Under the pieces are notes generated by a model. The model was given only the letters and a program-made list of their open reading frames with translations. It was not told the DNA's origin and ran no database searches. Below are positions 1 to 13,499 of a stretch of 64,000 nucleotides of DNA, piece by piece. Each line of letters begins with the position of its first letter. Within the stretch, counting starts at the first letter, position 1. The stretch is from NCBI GenBank assembly GCA_002269645.1, contig NIVC01000822.1, positions 186,001-250,000 of the forward strand, written 5' to 3'. This DNA comes from Macrostomum lignano (lineage: Eukaryota). A program made the translations under genes and the position numbers.

Positions 1-27
1 GAGACCACAAAGCAAGATATACTGCGC

Positions 28-1980
28 ATGTTTTTTAGTGAAAAAAACTCATGCAAATCAATAGCAGAAAAATTAGGTGTATCAATAATTGCTGTGCGCA
101 GAACACTTCTGGCCTCAAAGGCTTCGAAGAAACGTGGGAAAAATCGTAATTTTGTAAATATTGAAGCCTGTCATTTGGCTTTCATCGATAGAAAAATCGA
201 AGAATCCACAGGCTTTATTTCAGCTGCCTGTCTCTGTGCTGCATTAGAGAAGCAGTTTGAAATGCGCATTTCTAGGCGAACGATGAACAGAGTTCGAAAT
301 CGATTGAATTGGCTGCGAACAAGCACTGAGTACTGTCAGATAGTGAAACTAAAAAACAGGCCTGTGCGTTGCCTTTGGAGTCTTAATGCCATTCTCAGCG
401 GTGATACATTCGACAATGTAATATTTACTGACGAGTGTTCTGTTTTCTTGAATAGAAAGACTAAAAGAATTGTGTTTCGAAGAGGGTATGAGAAACGTCC
501 GCATATTCAAGTTCCGAAGCATCCTCTGAAGGTAAGAATTTAACCATCAATTTATTTTGAATATAAAAATCTTGCAAATAATCAAACCTCATGTTATTAA
601 AACTCAAACACCGTAGGTGCACGTCTGGGGAGGAGTCAGCAGACGAGGGCCGACAAACGTGGTCATCTTCCAAGGTTGCATGGATGCAGAGTTTTATGTT
701 CAGGAGATTCTGCAAAATACTCTTCTGCCTACAATCAAAGCAAAATTTCCGGATGGGCACCGACTATTTGCGGTACGGATTTTTAAGTTCACTCCCAATT
801 CACTCTCCCTTCTCCCTTTATTCTCTCCTCTCCTTTACCTCCCTTCTCCCTCTATTCTCTCCTCTCCTTCACCTCCCTTCTCCCTCTATTCTCTCCTCTC
901 CTTCACCTCCCTTCTCCCTATATTCTCTTCTCTCCTTCACCTCCCTTCTCCCTCTATTCTCTTCTCTCCTTCATCTCCCTTCTCCCTTTATTCTCTCCTC
1001 TCCTTCACTTCCCTTCTCCCTCTATTCTCTCCTCTCCTTCACCTCCCTTCTCCCTCTATTATCTCCTCTCCTCCACCTCCCTTCTCCCTTCTCCCTCTAT
1101 TCTCTCCTCTCCTTCACCTCCCTTCTTCCTCTATTCTCTCCTCTCCTTCACCTCCCTTCTCCCTCTATTCTCTCCTCTCCTCCACCTCCCTTCTCCCTTC
1201 TCCCTCTATTCTCTCCTCTCCTTCACCTCCCTTCTTCCTCTATTCTCTCCTCTCCTTCACCTCCCTTCTCCCTCTATTCTCTCCTCTCCTTCACCTCCCT
1301 TCTCCCTCTATTCTCTCCTCTCCTTCATCTCCCTTCTTCCTCTATTCTCTCCTCTCCTTCATCTCCCTTCTCCCTCTATTCTCTCCTCTCCTTTATCTCC
1401 CTTCTCCCTCTATTCTCTCCTCTCCTCCATCTCCCTTCTCCATTTATTCTCTCCTCTCCTCCGTCTCTCCGCCTCCATTCTCTACCTCTTTCCTTCTACT
1501 CCCCCTCTCTCCCTTCACAGTCTGCTTGTTTTTGAAAATGTATTGAATACTTAAGCATATGTCCTATATTTTCGCTATTATGTAAATTCTAGGACAATGA
1601 CCCAAAGCACTGCAGCCGCAGAGCAGCTGAGTTCATGTCTACTCATTCAATTACGTGGTGTCGAACCCCATCCGAGTCTCCTGACATCATGTCGCCTATA
1701 GAGGTAAGTGTCACACACTTTTTTAAAGATCGCACTTGTATAGAATATTTTGCTATTTCTCATTTTCTCTACAATTTGAATCCATCAGAATACCTGGAGC
1801 TTCATGAAGGAATTCCTAGACAAGGATGTAAAACCTAAGACCCAGGCCGAGCTAATACAAGGCATCGAGGATTTCTGGTCCAAGAAGATGACAGTTAAAG
1901 TGTGCAACAAATTTATTGACCACATTTTTACTGTTTTACCTACCGTGGCCGTCAACATTGGAAACCCATCAGGGTTCTAA
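28..1980 (+). CDS. Tc1/IS630-like DDE transposase, spliced (exons 28-531, 617-772, 1593-1703, 1789-1980); the frame stays open upstream to the window edge
   Basis: GT-AG introns 532-616, 773-1592 and 1704-1788 join in frame: IFTDE (D1) ... KHPLK|VHVWGG ... HRLFA|DNDPKH (D2) ... SPDIMSPIE (E)|NTWSFMKEFL ... CNKFIDHIF ... SGF*. Confidence 0.85.
800..1520. repeat. Pyrimidine-rich minisatellite (~34-nt unit ctcccttctccctctattctctcctctccttcac) inside transposase intron 2
   Basis: Directly visible tandem array; it produces the low-complexity S/P/L/F ORFs in the track. Confidence 0.95.
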
Positions 1981-2865
1981 TACCTGTGAAGAATGTGTTG
2001 CAATAGAAACCCCACGTGCATGAACAAACTATTCAGTAGTCTTGCTTTGCTATAAAGATCTCTAGAATGAATCACCACCACCTTTGATTCTTGGCACGAG
2101 GGATGGGGAGAGGAAGAGGGAAAGTGTGCTATGGTTTTAGCAGTCACACATTCGATATTGCCCCACACAGCCCCAGCCACACAGTCAGACCCCGTATGAA
2201 GCTCAGTGACCAATTGCGTAATTACATCAACCAGTTAACGTTGCTGAGAAGTCTGTAGCTATACTCAGTATGAATCACCTATTATTTTTGAGGGCCTTAT
2301 TGCAAATCTGAGACCAAGCTATACACTCATTCTGGGCTGAGTGATTTGCACATGGGTTGGTTGGGTTGACTCACCCGTTTTATAATAATATGCTTCTCTT
2401 ACATGTACATACATAGAGCTAGTATCAAACTGTTCTCCAAGCGTTGTGATATGAATCGGTATGTCTTGCGTAAGCGAAGGTCTACTAAATTTTATTACGC
2501 GAATGTTGGCTTCCTATCACTGCATAGAATGATTTTCTTCCCAATTACGAGTATTAGCTCTTAGCTCCTTTATCTGTCTTGTATAGTTTGTGCTACTCAA
2601 ATAAAATCAGTTGCAAGCGCAGCAAAATTAGAACACATAGAAAGTTGTATTCGTCATTTATTAAGCACTACGCTTCCATTGCTTAATAATAATGGAGCTT
2701 TGAGTGACATTCAATGCGTTAAAAATGTCGTGCGTATTAATTACATACATGTAATGTAATTACATACCTGTACAAGTACAACCACTAAAAAGAGGACCTA
2801 TAAGGTATATTACTGCCTTCTGTATACATGGTTAGTGAGATTGAAGCACATTTTCAATCAACAGG

Positions 2866-4500
2866 TCATTCAAATACATGTTGCTCGCTTCTTCGAGTCC
2901 TGCCCAGACAGAAAGTGCAGTTGTTGCAATTCTTGGCCTTCTTCAAGAGATCTCTCGCCTCTTGATTAATCGCTGCACTGATTTTATCCTTCCGCGCAGT
3001 TGGAAAGTGCTGCAGAGTGATGGCCATTATCTGCTGCAGAATGAAGATTGGATAACTTTGCTTTACTTGAAGCCGAGGCTGTCCAACTGTCAGTTTGTAC
3101 CTTTCATAACCAGGAATTGCTAATCGTGACAGTTGAGCTGCAAACGATCCAGCGGAGTCAGATTTAACTTTCACAGCATGCAGATCGGCAGGTGTCAGGT
3201 CGTCAAGTTCAACTGGAGTCACGAGATCGTGAAAGCTATCAAACTGTGAGAGTGCCTTGCAGCGGTAGTCAATGTCTACTATCTGCAGCGACTTCGGTGT
3301 GCCCCGTCCAGCTGACAGCGAGCCTGCAGGTGCAGTTGCAACATGTGTGAGTCCGTTCAGCCGCCTTGGAGTTGGAGTGGCTACCTGAGCACCCGTGGAG
3401 AGCGCAGCAGCGTTTCCAGGGCTTATTGGCATGTTTGATGGCATCACAGGAGGCTTCTTGAGAGCTTGAAGAATCTGCGTTAGGTGTAGCTCAATCGAAG
3501 ATACAGAGCGCTTGAGCTCACTAATATCGGCCTTCATTATTGCCAGATCTGAGCACACAGTTTCGCTGATCAAGGAATTCTGACTTGATTTGCTGCTTTG
3601 CTGCAGTTGAACCACTTTATCGATTCCTTCCAGCAACTTCTGAAAGGCGGCCTCTCCGTGATTAGCACTAAGTGAAAGTAATGGTTGAACAGCTGGATCA
3701 GCAACGGCGGATCTGACAGCCGCCTCCGCAATCGAAGGCTCAGTTGCGGCTGTGGCAGCTGCAGGAATTCGGCGCAATACAGTTGCTTTTGGCTTCTGAT
3801 GCCGTAGTTTTTTTATCTTGTTAGCTGCCCGCTGAGTTGCAGATGGCCCGTCGCTGGAGGTCACGCCCACTTTCCTTATCTTCACAGACGGCTCTTGCAG
3901 TGCAGTGTTGTCACTCTGAGTGCAAATACTGAGAAATCCCCCAGTCGGTTCGTCTTGGTCACGCTGCCGCCGTGCTCGCTCGGACAAAATCTGCTTCCAT
4001 CGCTGCATCTTGATGAAGGCATATTCTGATTGCCGCAGTGAAGTCTCATTGTCTGCAAGTTAAAAAATATTGTGTTCTGAATTCCTGGGATTGTAACTGC
4101 AACTGTGCCCCCAAGCGCCAACCTAAAAGGTCAAATGAATCTTTTTGGCGCCGAGTGCCATTTTTATCCCCTGTTGGATCTTTCAAGAGGTCCACCTTCC
4201 CCCAAATTAAAATCTTGGATCCGCCACTGTTTTAAAGTAAGAAATAACAACTAGAAAAGTATGTAAATATTAACACGATGTATGTCGAAGGCAATTTGTA
4301 CAAGCAAACTTACCAGCAACGTCAATTACTTCGACCACATGATTCTCGTTTTGATAATTGATAGTGAGACGTTGCCCAGATCGAACTTCCTCCGATTTTT
4401 CCCACTTGAAAATGTCAAGTAAACCGTCTGAATCAAAAAGCACCAGAAGGTGTACATTCTGCGCTCTAGGGGTGGCTCGACGACGAGAACCAGAATTCAT
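2866..4500 (-). CDS. Spliced BEN-domain-like protein (exons 4500-4314 and 4052-2866), probably a transposon accessory gene
   Basis: Phase-1 intron (GTAAGT at 4313, TTGCAG ending at 4053) joins ORF 4270-4500 to ORF 2866-4008 in frame (VIDVAD|NETSLRQSE...). C-terminal SAGSFAAQLSRL...ILQQIMAITLQHFP...ISAAINQEARD fits the BEN-domain pattern. Confidence 0.65.
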
Positions 4501-4698
4501 TATTAGAAGTGAATAATAGAGCAGTTATAGTTGAAAACGAGTTCAAATAGTTGCTAAATGACAATTCCTTAATGTGCTTTCTCGTTTAAGTTTTAAATCT
4601 GAGCACAGTAGAGACGATAATGAGTGGTATAATAGGTTGACACAACAGAGGGTCGCGTCTCGGTGGGGGTGGGCGGAGCGAGCCAATCAAATGTGTTT

Positions 4699-4750
4699 CC
4701 CGCGGGAATGACCCGTGGGAATCCCGCGGGAAATCAGTTCCTTCCCGTGG
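4699..4750. repeat. Cluster of CCCG(C/T)GGG palindromic motifs
   Basis: cccgcggg, cccgtggg, cccgcggg and cccgtgg lie within ~50 bp; possibly the subterminus of an older DNA transposon. Confidence 0.5.
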
Positions 4751-4797
4751 CCATGACTGTAGAAGTTTCTAAGGATCCAACTTCCAAGGGACACAAG

Positions 4798-5215
4798 CCC
4801 GCTGGAAAATGGTGCCTCAGCGCAAGCGTGATTTTGGCGTTTTTTAAGCAGAGAAGGCGAGTTTTGGGTGTGAAGAGCGTGCTTTGGGCTGGCTGAGTGT
4901 CAGTTAGGCGTAAAATTGGGGTGGTGGGTGGGGGGAGAGAAAAACGCCAAACCCGCTTAACCAGCTAATAAACGCCTGGGCAACTTAGGCAGCTAATTTT
5001 ACGCGCAACCAGCTGGAAAGACGCCTAGGCAGCTAAGTTTACGGCCATGTAGGAAAGTACGCTTGGGCCGCCGAAATTACGCTCTGCCCGCCCAAATGAC
5101 GCTTTGGCTGCTCTGACAGCCAATTTTACGCTCAACCAACTGAAGTGACGCTTAGACAGCTAAGCTTACGCCCAACCAGTTGGAATGACGCCTAGCCAGC
5201 TAAGTTTACGCCAAC
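4798..5215. repeat. Left TIR and subterminal repeats (ttacgc / gctaag motifs) of the CMC element
   Basis: Many copies of (t)ttacgc and cagctaa follow the CCCGCTGGAAAA terminus. Confidence 0.8.
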
Positions 5216-7407
5216 GGGATCATGCAAAGTACCGTCGCGCGCTGGTCGCCGCCGTCGCTGAATTCAACGGCCGCGCGGCCGCCGCGCGCGTGGCAGTGAC
5301 ATGAATAATTTCTCGACGTCATCCCGCCGCCCCGCACGGTCAGCAGTCGGCTGACGGCCAGCCGCAAGGATGCGGCTAATATCGCAGCCAGATACAAGGA
5401 GCTAGTAGGGGAGATCACGAGCGCGATTGAAAATTTCATGGCTCCATATTCGGTGTCAATATTGTTACAGTATTAGCTTGCATGGTTGACTTTGCCAGGA
5501 AGCTGCACATTTATTAGCAACATGTTGCCGCTGTATTATCACTGCGGTAGATTATACCCTTTCTGACACCTTGCATTACGTTCTGAAACGCAACAATACA
5601 ATTGAAAGTAATAATTAAAGTAGACTTTTTGATGGAATACAGTAATTCTGTTGGCAAAAGACCGGAAGCAAATGTTTTATTTGGAATTTAACTGCCGTCG
5701 AAGGCCCACTTTAAAAGACCAATGATGACTAATTATGAAATGTATTTCAATTGCGCAACTTGTTGAAAACATCTATTATAGGCATGAATGAACTGAGCGA
5801 GCACCCAACGTGTGTCTACAATTAACGACAATTGCGTTATCTTGCTCGAGTGGAATAGGCACAGATTCAAATTGCATTGTATTTTTCGCTCAGATCATGC
5901 CCAAAGAAGAGTAGTGCTGCACTTCTGTGATCTGCACTTACATTTAACTGGCTGGCATAACAGGCCTCTGCCTAAACCGGAGCTCTCTAATACTAAAAGT
6001 ATTTTAGTCAATACTTGGAATGACTGGACCAACTTTTGTGTTTAGTAGTCGTTTATTTGTTGCCTAATTGTTGTGGCTTTGTGCAATGTTAAAATAAGTA
6101 TAGGAGATTAGTAAGAGTAATCTGTTAAATGTTTCTTCATCTTTCATTGTAGGCAGCTTTCTAGCTGTACACTTTTTTGGCTTGTACTTAATTAATTATA
6201 TGACCTTTGTATCATTTGTGTGGCAAAATTCTTGATTTTTGCCTTTGGCATGTATATATAAATAAGAATTTGTTGCCAATTAAAGTATATGACTAGACCT
6301 ATTTACAAGTCGCATCTGATAAGATTTTTAGGCTGAGAAGGCCTAAGCTTGAGAGTTCATGTGTTTTGATTCATTATATTGATGTATTTAAACTGTCTTT
6401 AGACACATAATTTAGAGCTTTTTTTCTAGAAATCAATCAGTGTGAAATTGTGAAAATATGCATATATGATGTGATATGAATTTTGTATATAATATTTCAT
6501 TTTTATTGGTTATTAATAGAAAGTCTACATTGCTTTTTTGTCATTTTAGGCACTATCAAGCTGAAAAAATGATTTCTTGCTAGCTACTATCATTCCTAGC
6601 TATCTTTTTTTAAAGATACAATCATGTCAAAACAGCTGAAACAATTTCTTGCATCTCATTTTGAATATCATACGAAAAGGGAAAACAAGATCTTGAAATA
6701 AATAAGTGTAGATCTCAAGCTTTCAATTCAAGATCTTAAGTCTAGGTTTCTTAATATGCCTAGGAGTAATTATTAATATGCATATTTAGGCGTAATGGAA
6801 ATTTTAATTAATATAATTTAATATAAAGTCGTATAGTATAGTAATGATACCATACAAAAAATGGACTATTGCCTTTAATGTCCAAGAACATTTGTTTAAA
6901 AAAATATCCATACTTGGCTAGCTTAATTTATAGACTTCTGCATACATAAATCCAAGAAATAGCTTGATTTACAACTGTCCATTTAATGTATAAAAAAAGT
7001 AAGAATATAACCTATGACACATTTTCATGATTGGTACTACTAACAAGAATAATGTTGCAAATTCCTTCCACTTCTATATCAATTTGCTTCAAAAGTTTTT
7101 GCTTCTCAAAGTATTTATTTTTAATTTCTTCTTTTAATGTCCCTTTCTCCTTCCTTCTGTTTAAGGTAGCAACATTAGTAAACTCAAATGAAATAGACCT
7201 TGAACATGAGGACATTAGAGGAGACTGTTGCTTCCACTTCTAGTTCTAGTTATGGCAGCATTGCCAGATTGCCAGTTTCAATATTGGACAACAGCCTCTT
7301 GTGGTTGCAGCATTATATATATAGACTAAGCAATGGCAAGATCCTCTAAATGCAGCAAAAGACAGGCAGACAGATAATGCGATGCGACCACCCAAAAACC
7401 CACAGCC

Positions 7408-10400
7408 ATGGATGATGTTCCTGGAGGCGTCAGGCGCCCTGACAGGCGTCAGTATTATGCAGACTACAAGCGGCAACGGATTGCCACGGAGGACCCTGTG
7501 AAGGCAGCTGCGCGTAAGGCACGTGCTGCCAAACACCAGTACCGCTATCAGGCGCGCAAACGGCAGGAAGCTGCAGGCGCAATTGCTGTACCTCCCAGTG
7601 GTGCGAATGCAGAGCCTGCAACTGAGGACACAGTGTACGACGCAGAGCATTCGGACGAGGAAATTAATCGATTTATCCCAAGACCTGCCGGCGACACAGT
7701 TGGACCCGTCGCTGGTGCAAATGCGACGCCAGCTGGCGACCACGTGCACGGGTGTGGCCAGGGGCATGGGCAACGCGAAGCATCGTATGATGCAGACGAA
7801 GAGAGCAGCAGCGACATGGAGGATGTGCACGTGCTTGGTGGCGACCCTGCTGACAATTCCACAGATTCTGGAGACTCAGAGTCAGATGACACTGCGCAGG
7901 AACATGACTATGGCGGTCCTGACCGGCAGCAGCCAGTGACTGACGGCAGCCGTCACACATACGGCAGTTTCTGCGTTGCTGTCCAGATGTTTAAGGTGAA
8001 TGTCAGTCTGAAATTGTCAATGTCTGTCACGTATGGAATGCGAGTGCCACGAATGCGTCACCTTTTTGCGACTATACAGACGCGACACCGACTCACACGA
8101 TGCGCACTGACGGACCTGCTGCAGCTATTCGAAAGCACCCTGCCTCCTGGCTCCAAGATCCCCACGTCACCCTATCTACTGCGCAAGGCTCTCGGGGTCA
8201 ACAAAAAGGTGAACTGCACACACTACTGCCTGTCCTGCCTGGCTGAAGTCCCGGAGCAGGCCCCCGCCTGTCCATGCTGTGCTGCCGCTCTCACAGCTGA
8301 CCTGCGCGGGACCTACTGGCAGTTGGACATACTGAGCCAAGTGAGACAGTTAATCGAAACGCAGGGACTGCTGCGCAAGGTGGTGTTTCCGGCTGATCAG
8401 TCGGCCACAGAGGAGTCGCTGAGTCGCAGTACCTCCAGCAGATACCAGTATTTCAAGGCCCGTATCGACGTGGCGGCGAAGCAGCATGTCAGCGGAACGG
8501 TGAATATTGACTCTTTCCAGGTCAGTCAACTTTATGGCGTTAAAATCGTTACACTCCGGGCTGCGGCCTATAGTTACAGTCCGATAGTGTGAGTAACAAA
8601 ATTAATAATTCGTTGCCATTGTGCAGGTCTTTCAAACAGCCACCTATTCAATTTGCCCGGTGTACCTGAGCATCAACGAGGTGCCCGAACGACTGAAAGG
8701 AAAATTTTTAATCATCTGCGGGTTCTGGTGTGGACGCCGGAAACTGAATTGCACCGCCTTCCTCCGACTTCTTGTACAGCAGTTAAATATTCTGCAGTCG
8801 CGTGGCGTGGAGTACTCCACTGGTAAATATTTACTCCAACATTGACGGATAAGACGGTCCAAAGAAAAGCATCCGCACTTAGGCTGCGTATTAAATTTTA
8901 GGTGGCGGCCCAGACGGACTTTCCGCCGGTCGTCTGTTCGTGACAATCCTGGTGCTGCTTCTGGATGCACCCCAGCGTGTCGAAGCAACCTGTCTGCAGC
9001 AGTTTAATGCGCTTTTCGGGTGTGACCACTGTTACATCCAGACGGCCCCTGTTCCCGGTGGTGGCGGCCGTTTCTTCCCTCCTGATGTCACGAATGTGCA
9101 CCTCGCCGAAGCGGAACGGCATGGCTGCCAGAACGTAACACGCCGGACTCTGGAGGACACGGTGCACCTCGCCGGTAATAAGGCACCGGCCGCCAGCAAC
9201 CTGCTCGGCGTGAAGTCCGTTTCGCCTCTGATCGGACTGGTGCGACAGGGGTTCGACTACATTGTGGACTCGCCGTTCTGCTACTTGCACCAGACGCTGG
9301 GTGGCGTTAAGTACATCATCTGCCAGTTGTTCAGCCAGATGGACAGAAAGCCAGACAAATATGCAGGTGAGATACAGCTGCGTCTATCGCTACAAATCCA
9401 TCCCACTTACAGTACATATGAAGAATACGCAGTTGGAATCCCCAATAACGGGCTTTCTTACAGTCAATCCTGATCTGCGGCACGACATTCCGACCGTGGA
9501 CGTAATGACGGCCCAGATCCGGGTTCCAAGGGGCTCCATTCAGCGACCTCCCCGCAGTCTCCGGGATCTTCATCACTTCCGCGGGCACGAGTTTGAAGCG
9601 TGGCTGCTGGCATACGGCCCTCTGGTGCTGCCCCATGTGTTGCATGGCGAGTATGAGCGATACCTGCAACACTTCCTGTTGCTGTCATCCTCCGTCTTTT
9701 GGCTGACTCTGGAGGGGGCGCCGATGACGGAAGTTGCAGGGACAAGGGCGAACCTGCGCCAGTTCGGCCATCAACTCCACGGCCTGTACTCGCGACGCGC
9801 CAGTACTTACAATATGCACAAGGTGCTGGAGAGTGTCGTTAAGGGTTTTTAAACAAAGTTGCAGATTTTGTTCTCACTGTCACCACACGGTCATTGAAAT
9901 TTTTTCCACACAGGTTACTCATCACATGACCGACTATGCCGAAATGTTCGGCCCTATCCACCTCCTGTCAGCGGCGCAATTCGAGGCGCATCATCATGCT
10001 CTGCTCTCCCAGCTGCACGGCAGCCGGAGCCTCGGCGCTGAGCTGCACGCCGTCATCCAGACGGAGGTCGCCTGTCGGGAACTGCGCGGTAGAGTCCCGC
10101 TTCCTCCTGCTGTCCCTGACAACCGGCAGGAAGTGGATGGGGTGGTTGTGACTCACCCATTGCGACGGACTGACGGGTGCTTCAGACACGCGTTGCTGCC
10201 GAACGGCTTCCGTATTGAGGCCTACTCACCTCGGTTGCGGGCGCGACGCACAGTCTCCAGCTTCGTCGGCATGTTTGCGGACAACTGGTCTCACCCGAGT
10301 GATCGCTCCGCACATGACTTCCTCTTTGCCCGTGTGGAAGCTATTATGCCAAGGGGCCCCCGCGTTATCCTCCGCATCGGACTGCTGCCGGTGGAGCCAC

Positions 10401-10657
10401 CGCCTCCACAGCCAATCTTCAGTGGCGCTGCAAGCCAAGACAATGCACCCGGGGGATGCTCCTTCCGGCATGTCCGCCGTCTGCGCTGCGACCCCTTTGG
10501 AGAACTTCCGGAGGCAGACATGCGTGAACTGGATGCGCGGCGCATCTTGGGCGCGTGTGTCCTACAGACACGCACATCGTGCTCTTGTCGCACGCGCAGG
10601 CGTCCCATGCATGACAAATTGCGGTGCTGCATGACTGTCTCAATGTCTGTAAACTGA
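7408..10657 (+). CDS. CACTA/EnSpm-type transposase, six exons (7408-7995, 8080-8520, 8627-8822, 8902-9366, 9464-9822, 9914-10657), 930 aa, no frameshift or internal stop
   Basis: All five GT-AG introns (84, 106, 79, 97, 91 nt) keep frame. Motifs: RHRLT..LLQL, HYCxxC..CPCC, NIDSFQV (D1), LDAPQR (D2), FNALFGCDHC, YLH, RPPRSL..FRGHEF, TYNMHK, GPIHLLSAAQFE (E). Confidence 0.9.
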
Positions 10658-11211
10658 CTGTTTTGTAATTAAAATTTGCCTCTGCCGCCGACTGTTTGAG
10701 TTATATGTCTTTTCTTTAAACACTCTTGGATGTCGAATCTTATAAAATCCGCATACAGAAATGAGAAATTTGAATGGTAATCTAGTATGTACACCTTTTT
10801 CTGCATTTGTCTATTGTACATATTTATATTTAATGGAAGCAAACACTGCTTTTCTTTAATATGCCGTGCATAATTTAATTAATTTTGCTCACATTTCTCC
10901 TTCGTTCAGCCAGCGATCCTGCGATGTCAGGTCCCGTTGTAAAAAACATCCGTTTCAGAGCGTCCGTTTTGCGACTTGTCTCGCTAGATTCGATGCACTG
11001 AATTGATTGCTCTGCTCTGTTCTGTTTGCTCTGTTCCACTGACTGACTCATTGTCTTAGTTGCTTTTGTGAAACTAAAATTCAGTACCCGCGTAACGTTC
11101 CATTTCCACATTTGTGACCATTCAATCCCCAGCTAAACTACATCCTAGATACATATCAGTACGTTTCCATATATGTACAGCGACTGCGGTGTTTTGCCCC
11201 CCCCCTTGCAG

Positions 11212-12885
11212 ACGCAGCAGACGAAGACCCAGCGCAGGCCGAGTCAGCGCGCAACAGCGCAGGCTTCTGCAGCAGCAGTAGCAGCAAGCACCAAGCCGAA
11301 GAAGGGCCGCAATGTTAACTCCCAGCCAAAAGTCGCTGTACACGTGGAGAATCCCACTCCTAGCCAGCAACCCATTCTGTGCACATTCTGCGGGTCCTGG
11401 CCCCCGAGTTCCATTGCGACCGCTGCCCCCCTGTAGGTCAGCATACGTGCGACGGCTGCAATACACAGTTCCATAATCACCCCGACCGACGCAGTCATCA
11501 GCCTGTGCGTCTACACGAAGGTAAGCTCAGAAGATATTGATACCGGGTTAAACATTTGCGAAGTCCAAGTCCACACTGTCTCGGATGCACTACAAGTCCC
11601 CCTCTCCCACGCCCACACAATCCCTCCAGTAATCAATACGGAGCCCGCTGCCCCGTCTGTCTCTGAAGGCGCGGAAAACAGTCAGCCTGCCGCGCTAGCG
11701 ACAGTCAACGAAGAAGCTGCCGGCGAAGCTGACGACGCTCCCACAGGTCCGTGCCACCAGTGCAGCTTGCTGGAGGAGCAACTCGGCGAGGCCCGGACGA
11801 CCGCCAACCGCCTTGACGCGACGATCGTCGAGCTGCGCGAACAGGTCGCCGAGGCCGCGAGTGCACACCATGCAGAGGTTGCATCTCTCCGGATGGAGAT
11901 TGACCACCTGCGGAATGTGTTGGCGGACCGAGACGCCGACCGACACCGTCTGGATTCTGACCTCCTGGCATTGCAGCGCAACGTCGTTGAGTGGGTGCAG
12001 TCCACTCGGCAGCACCTGCAGGGGGACCTGGCACCTCGAAGCGCGCTACAACGCCATCATTGTCTGGAAAATCGTCGTGATGAGGCTGCGGCAACCGAGT
12101 CTACGTTTTTGTCGCAGCTCTACTCCACGGAGGCGGTGTCGTTCTCTGCTGCCACTGCAGCCGCCACCGTGTCCGCCCAGCCCATGGCCGCCGCTGCTGC
12201 TGTGCATCAGCAGGACCTGGCTGCAGGCGGGGCGAGCGGCACGATGACGCCACTATTGGCCGGCTATAATATCTTGGTAAGGCGTCACACTGATTTTTTA
12301 CAAAACCAAGTATTTTTACTTGCAATCACTTCCGTTATTCCGTGTATTTCATTACACTGTCAGGTTCCTGCCCTCACCGCCGTCGTCGTTCGGTCGGCAC
12401 TAAGTGACTTCAAGCGGGACCCGGACGCTCACAATCGGAGCCGCCTGATCCGGAAGCTGCTGCAGGCCCTCTTCACCAAAGAGGAGCTGCAAATCAGCAG
12501 CTGGTCCGGCAAGACCCGCCGGCCCGGCGCTGCTAACAGCCCCGAGAAAATGATGCAGGCTCCGTCGGCTGCAAAGCTTGACGTCCTGGCGTCTTTCCTG
12601 TTGACGGAGGCCGGCATTGCTGACTGCAACGACGAGGTCCGGGCCGTGTTTAAGAACATGGCCGACAACAGTCGGCGGGGCTCGCGCCCGAAGGCTGCTC
12701 GTCCTGCCCCTGGAGGTGGCGATACGCAAGCCGAAAAGCGCCCCCGCCATGCAGAGTCTGCTATCACACTGCAATCACGGCCGGCGAATGCGGCGAATGC
12801 GTCTAATCCTGAACCGGCGGCGAATAGGGGATCTGCACCAGTGGTTAATGATGGCTCTGAACCGGCGGCGACTGCGTCTGCCTAA
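11212..12885 (+). CDS. Second gene of the CMC element: possible C2H2-like finger exon, coiled coil and BEN-like domain; 5' exons unresolved
   Basis: Exon ending at 11520 (HTCDGCNTQFHNHPDRRSHQPVRLH) followed by GTAAGC; exons 11630-12276 and 12364-12885 join in frame; heptad segment LEEQLGEARTTANRLDATIVELREQ; RSRLIRKLLQALFTKEELQISSWSG is BEN-like. Confidence 0.65.
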
Positions 12886-13499
12886 AAACGTATAATCTGT
12901 GTCAAAATAACATCACAAAAATGGTTACACGTTTTCGTCTTCATGCTGGTTTAAAAGCGCTCTTGCAAGCTAGCTTCAACTCATCCACTGTTTTTTCAGT
13001 TGCAAGTTACTAGTGATTCCCCACAAAATTTGTCCCGGCGAAAAGTTCATTATTGCTGCACCGGGATATCTGTTGAGTTTGACTCAACAGCGCCATGCTT
13101 TTATTGTTCTTTAGTACTTTGCATTGCATTACAAAAAAACAAAAAAATTACATTGTGGCTCTCATTACATTTCCAGCTCCACTGTTTTTGCTGCTCCAGC
13201 TCCACAGCATTTTATTATGTTCCAGTTCAAGATTTACGTTTACAACTTTCTTTGCTGTTTGTATTACTTTCTTGTTACAGCTACGACTTTTATGCAGCTT
13301 GTCTTTTTGCTCAGTCATTTGCCAGCGAATTAATGTTAATGTTAATGTTAAAAAATAATATTTAATTAAATACATACGTTCCTAGTTGTGTTATAAATTA
13401 AAAAACCAATTAAGGTAACTAGCTAAAAATTTTCAGCCATTATCTCTTACACTTTTGATTATTTTCTACGTACGGGACGCAGCTAGTACAGTGTATTCC

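Noticed and set aside
591-1546. Two ~310-aa ORFs rich in S/P/L/F
   Set aside because: They are read-through of the CT minisatellite, which cannot form stops; only 617-772 is a real exon.
7246-12895. Many overlapping antisense and alternate-frame ORFs
   Set aside because: They are shadows of GC-rich transposase and accessory exons, with no independent motifs.
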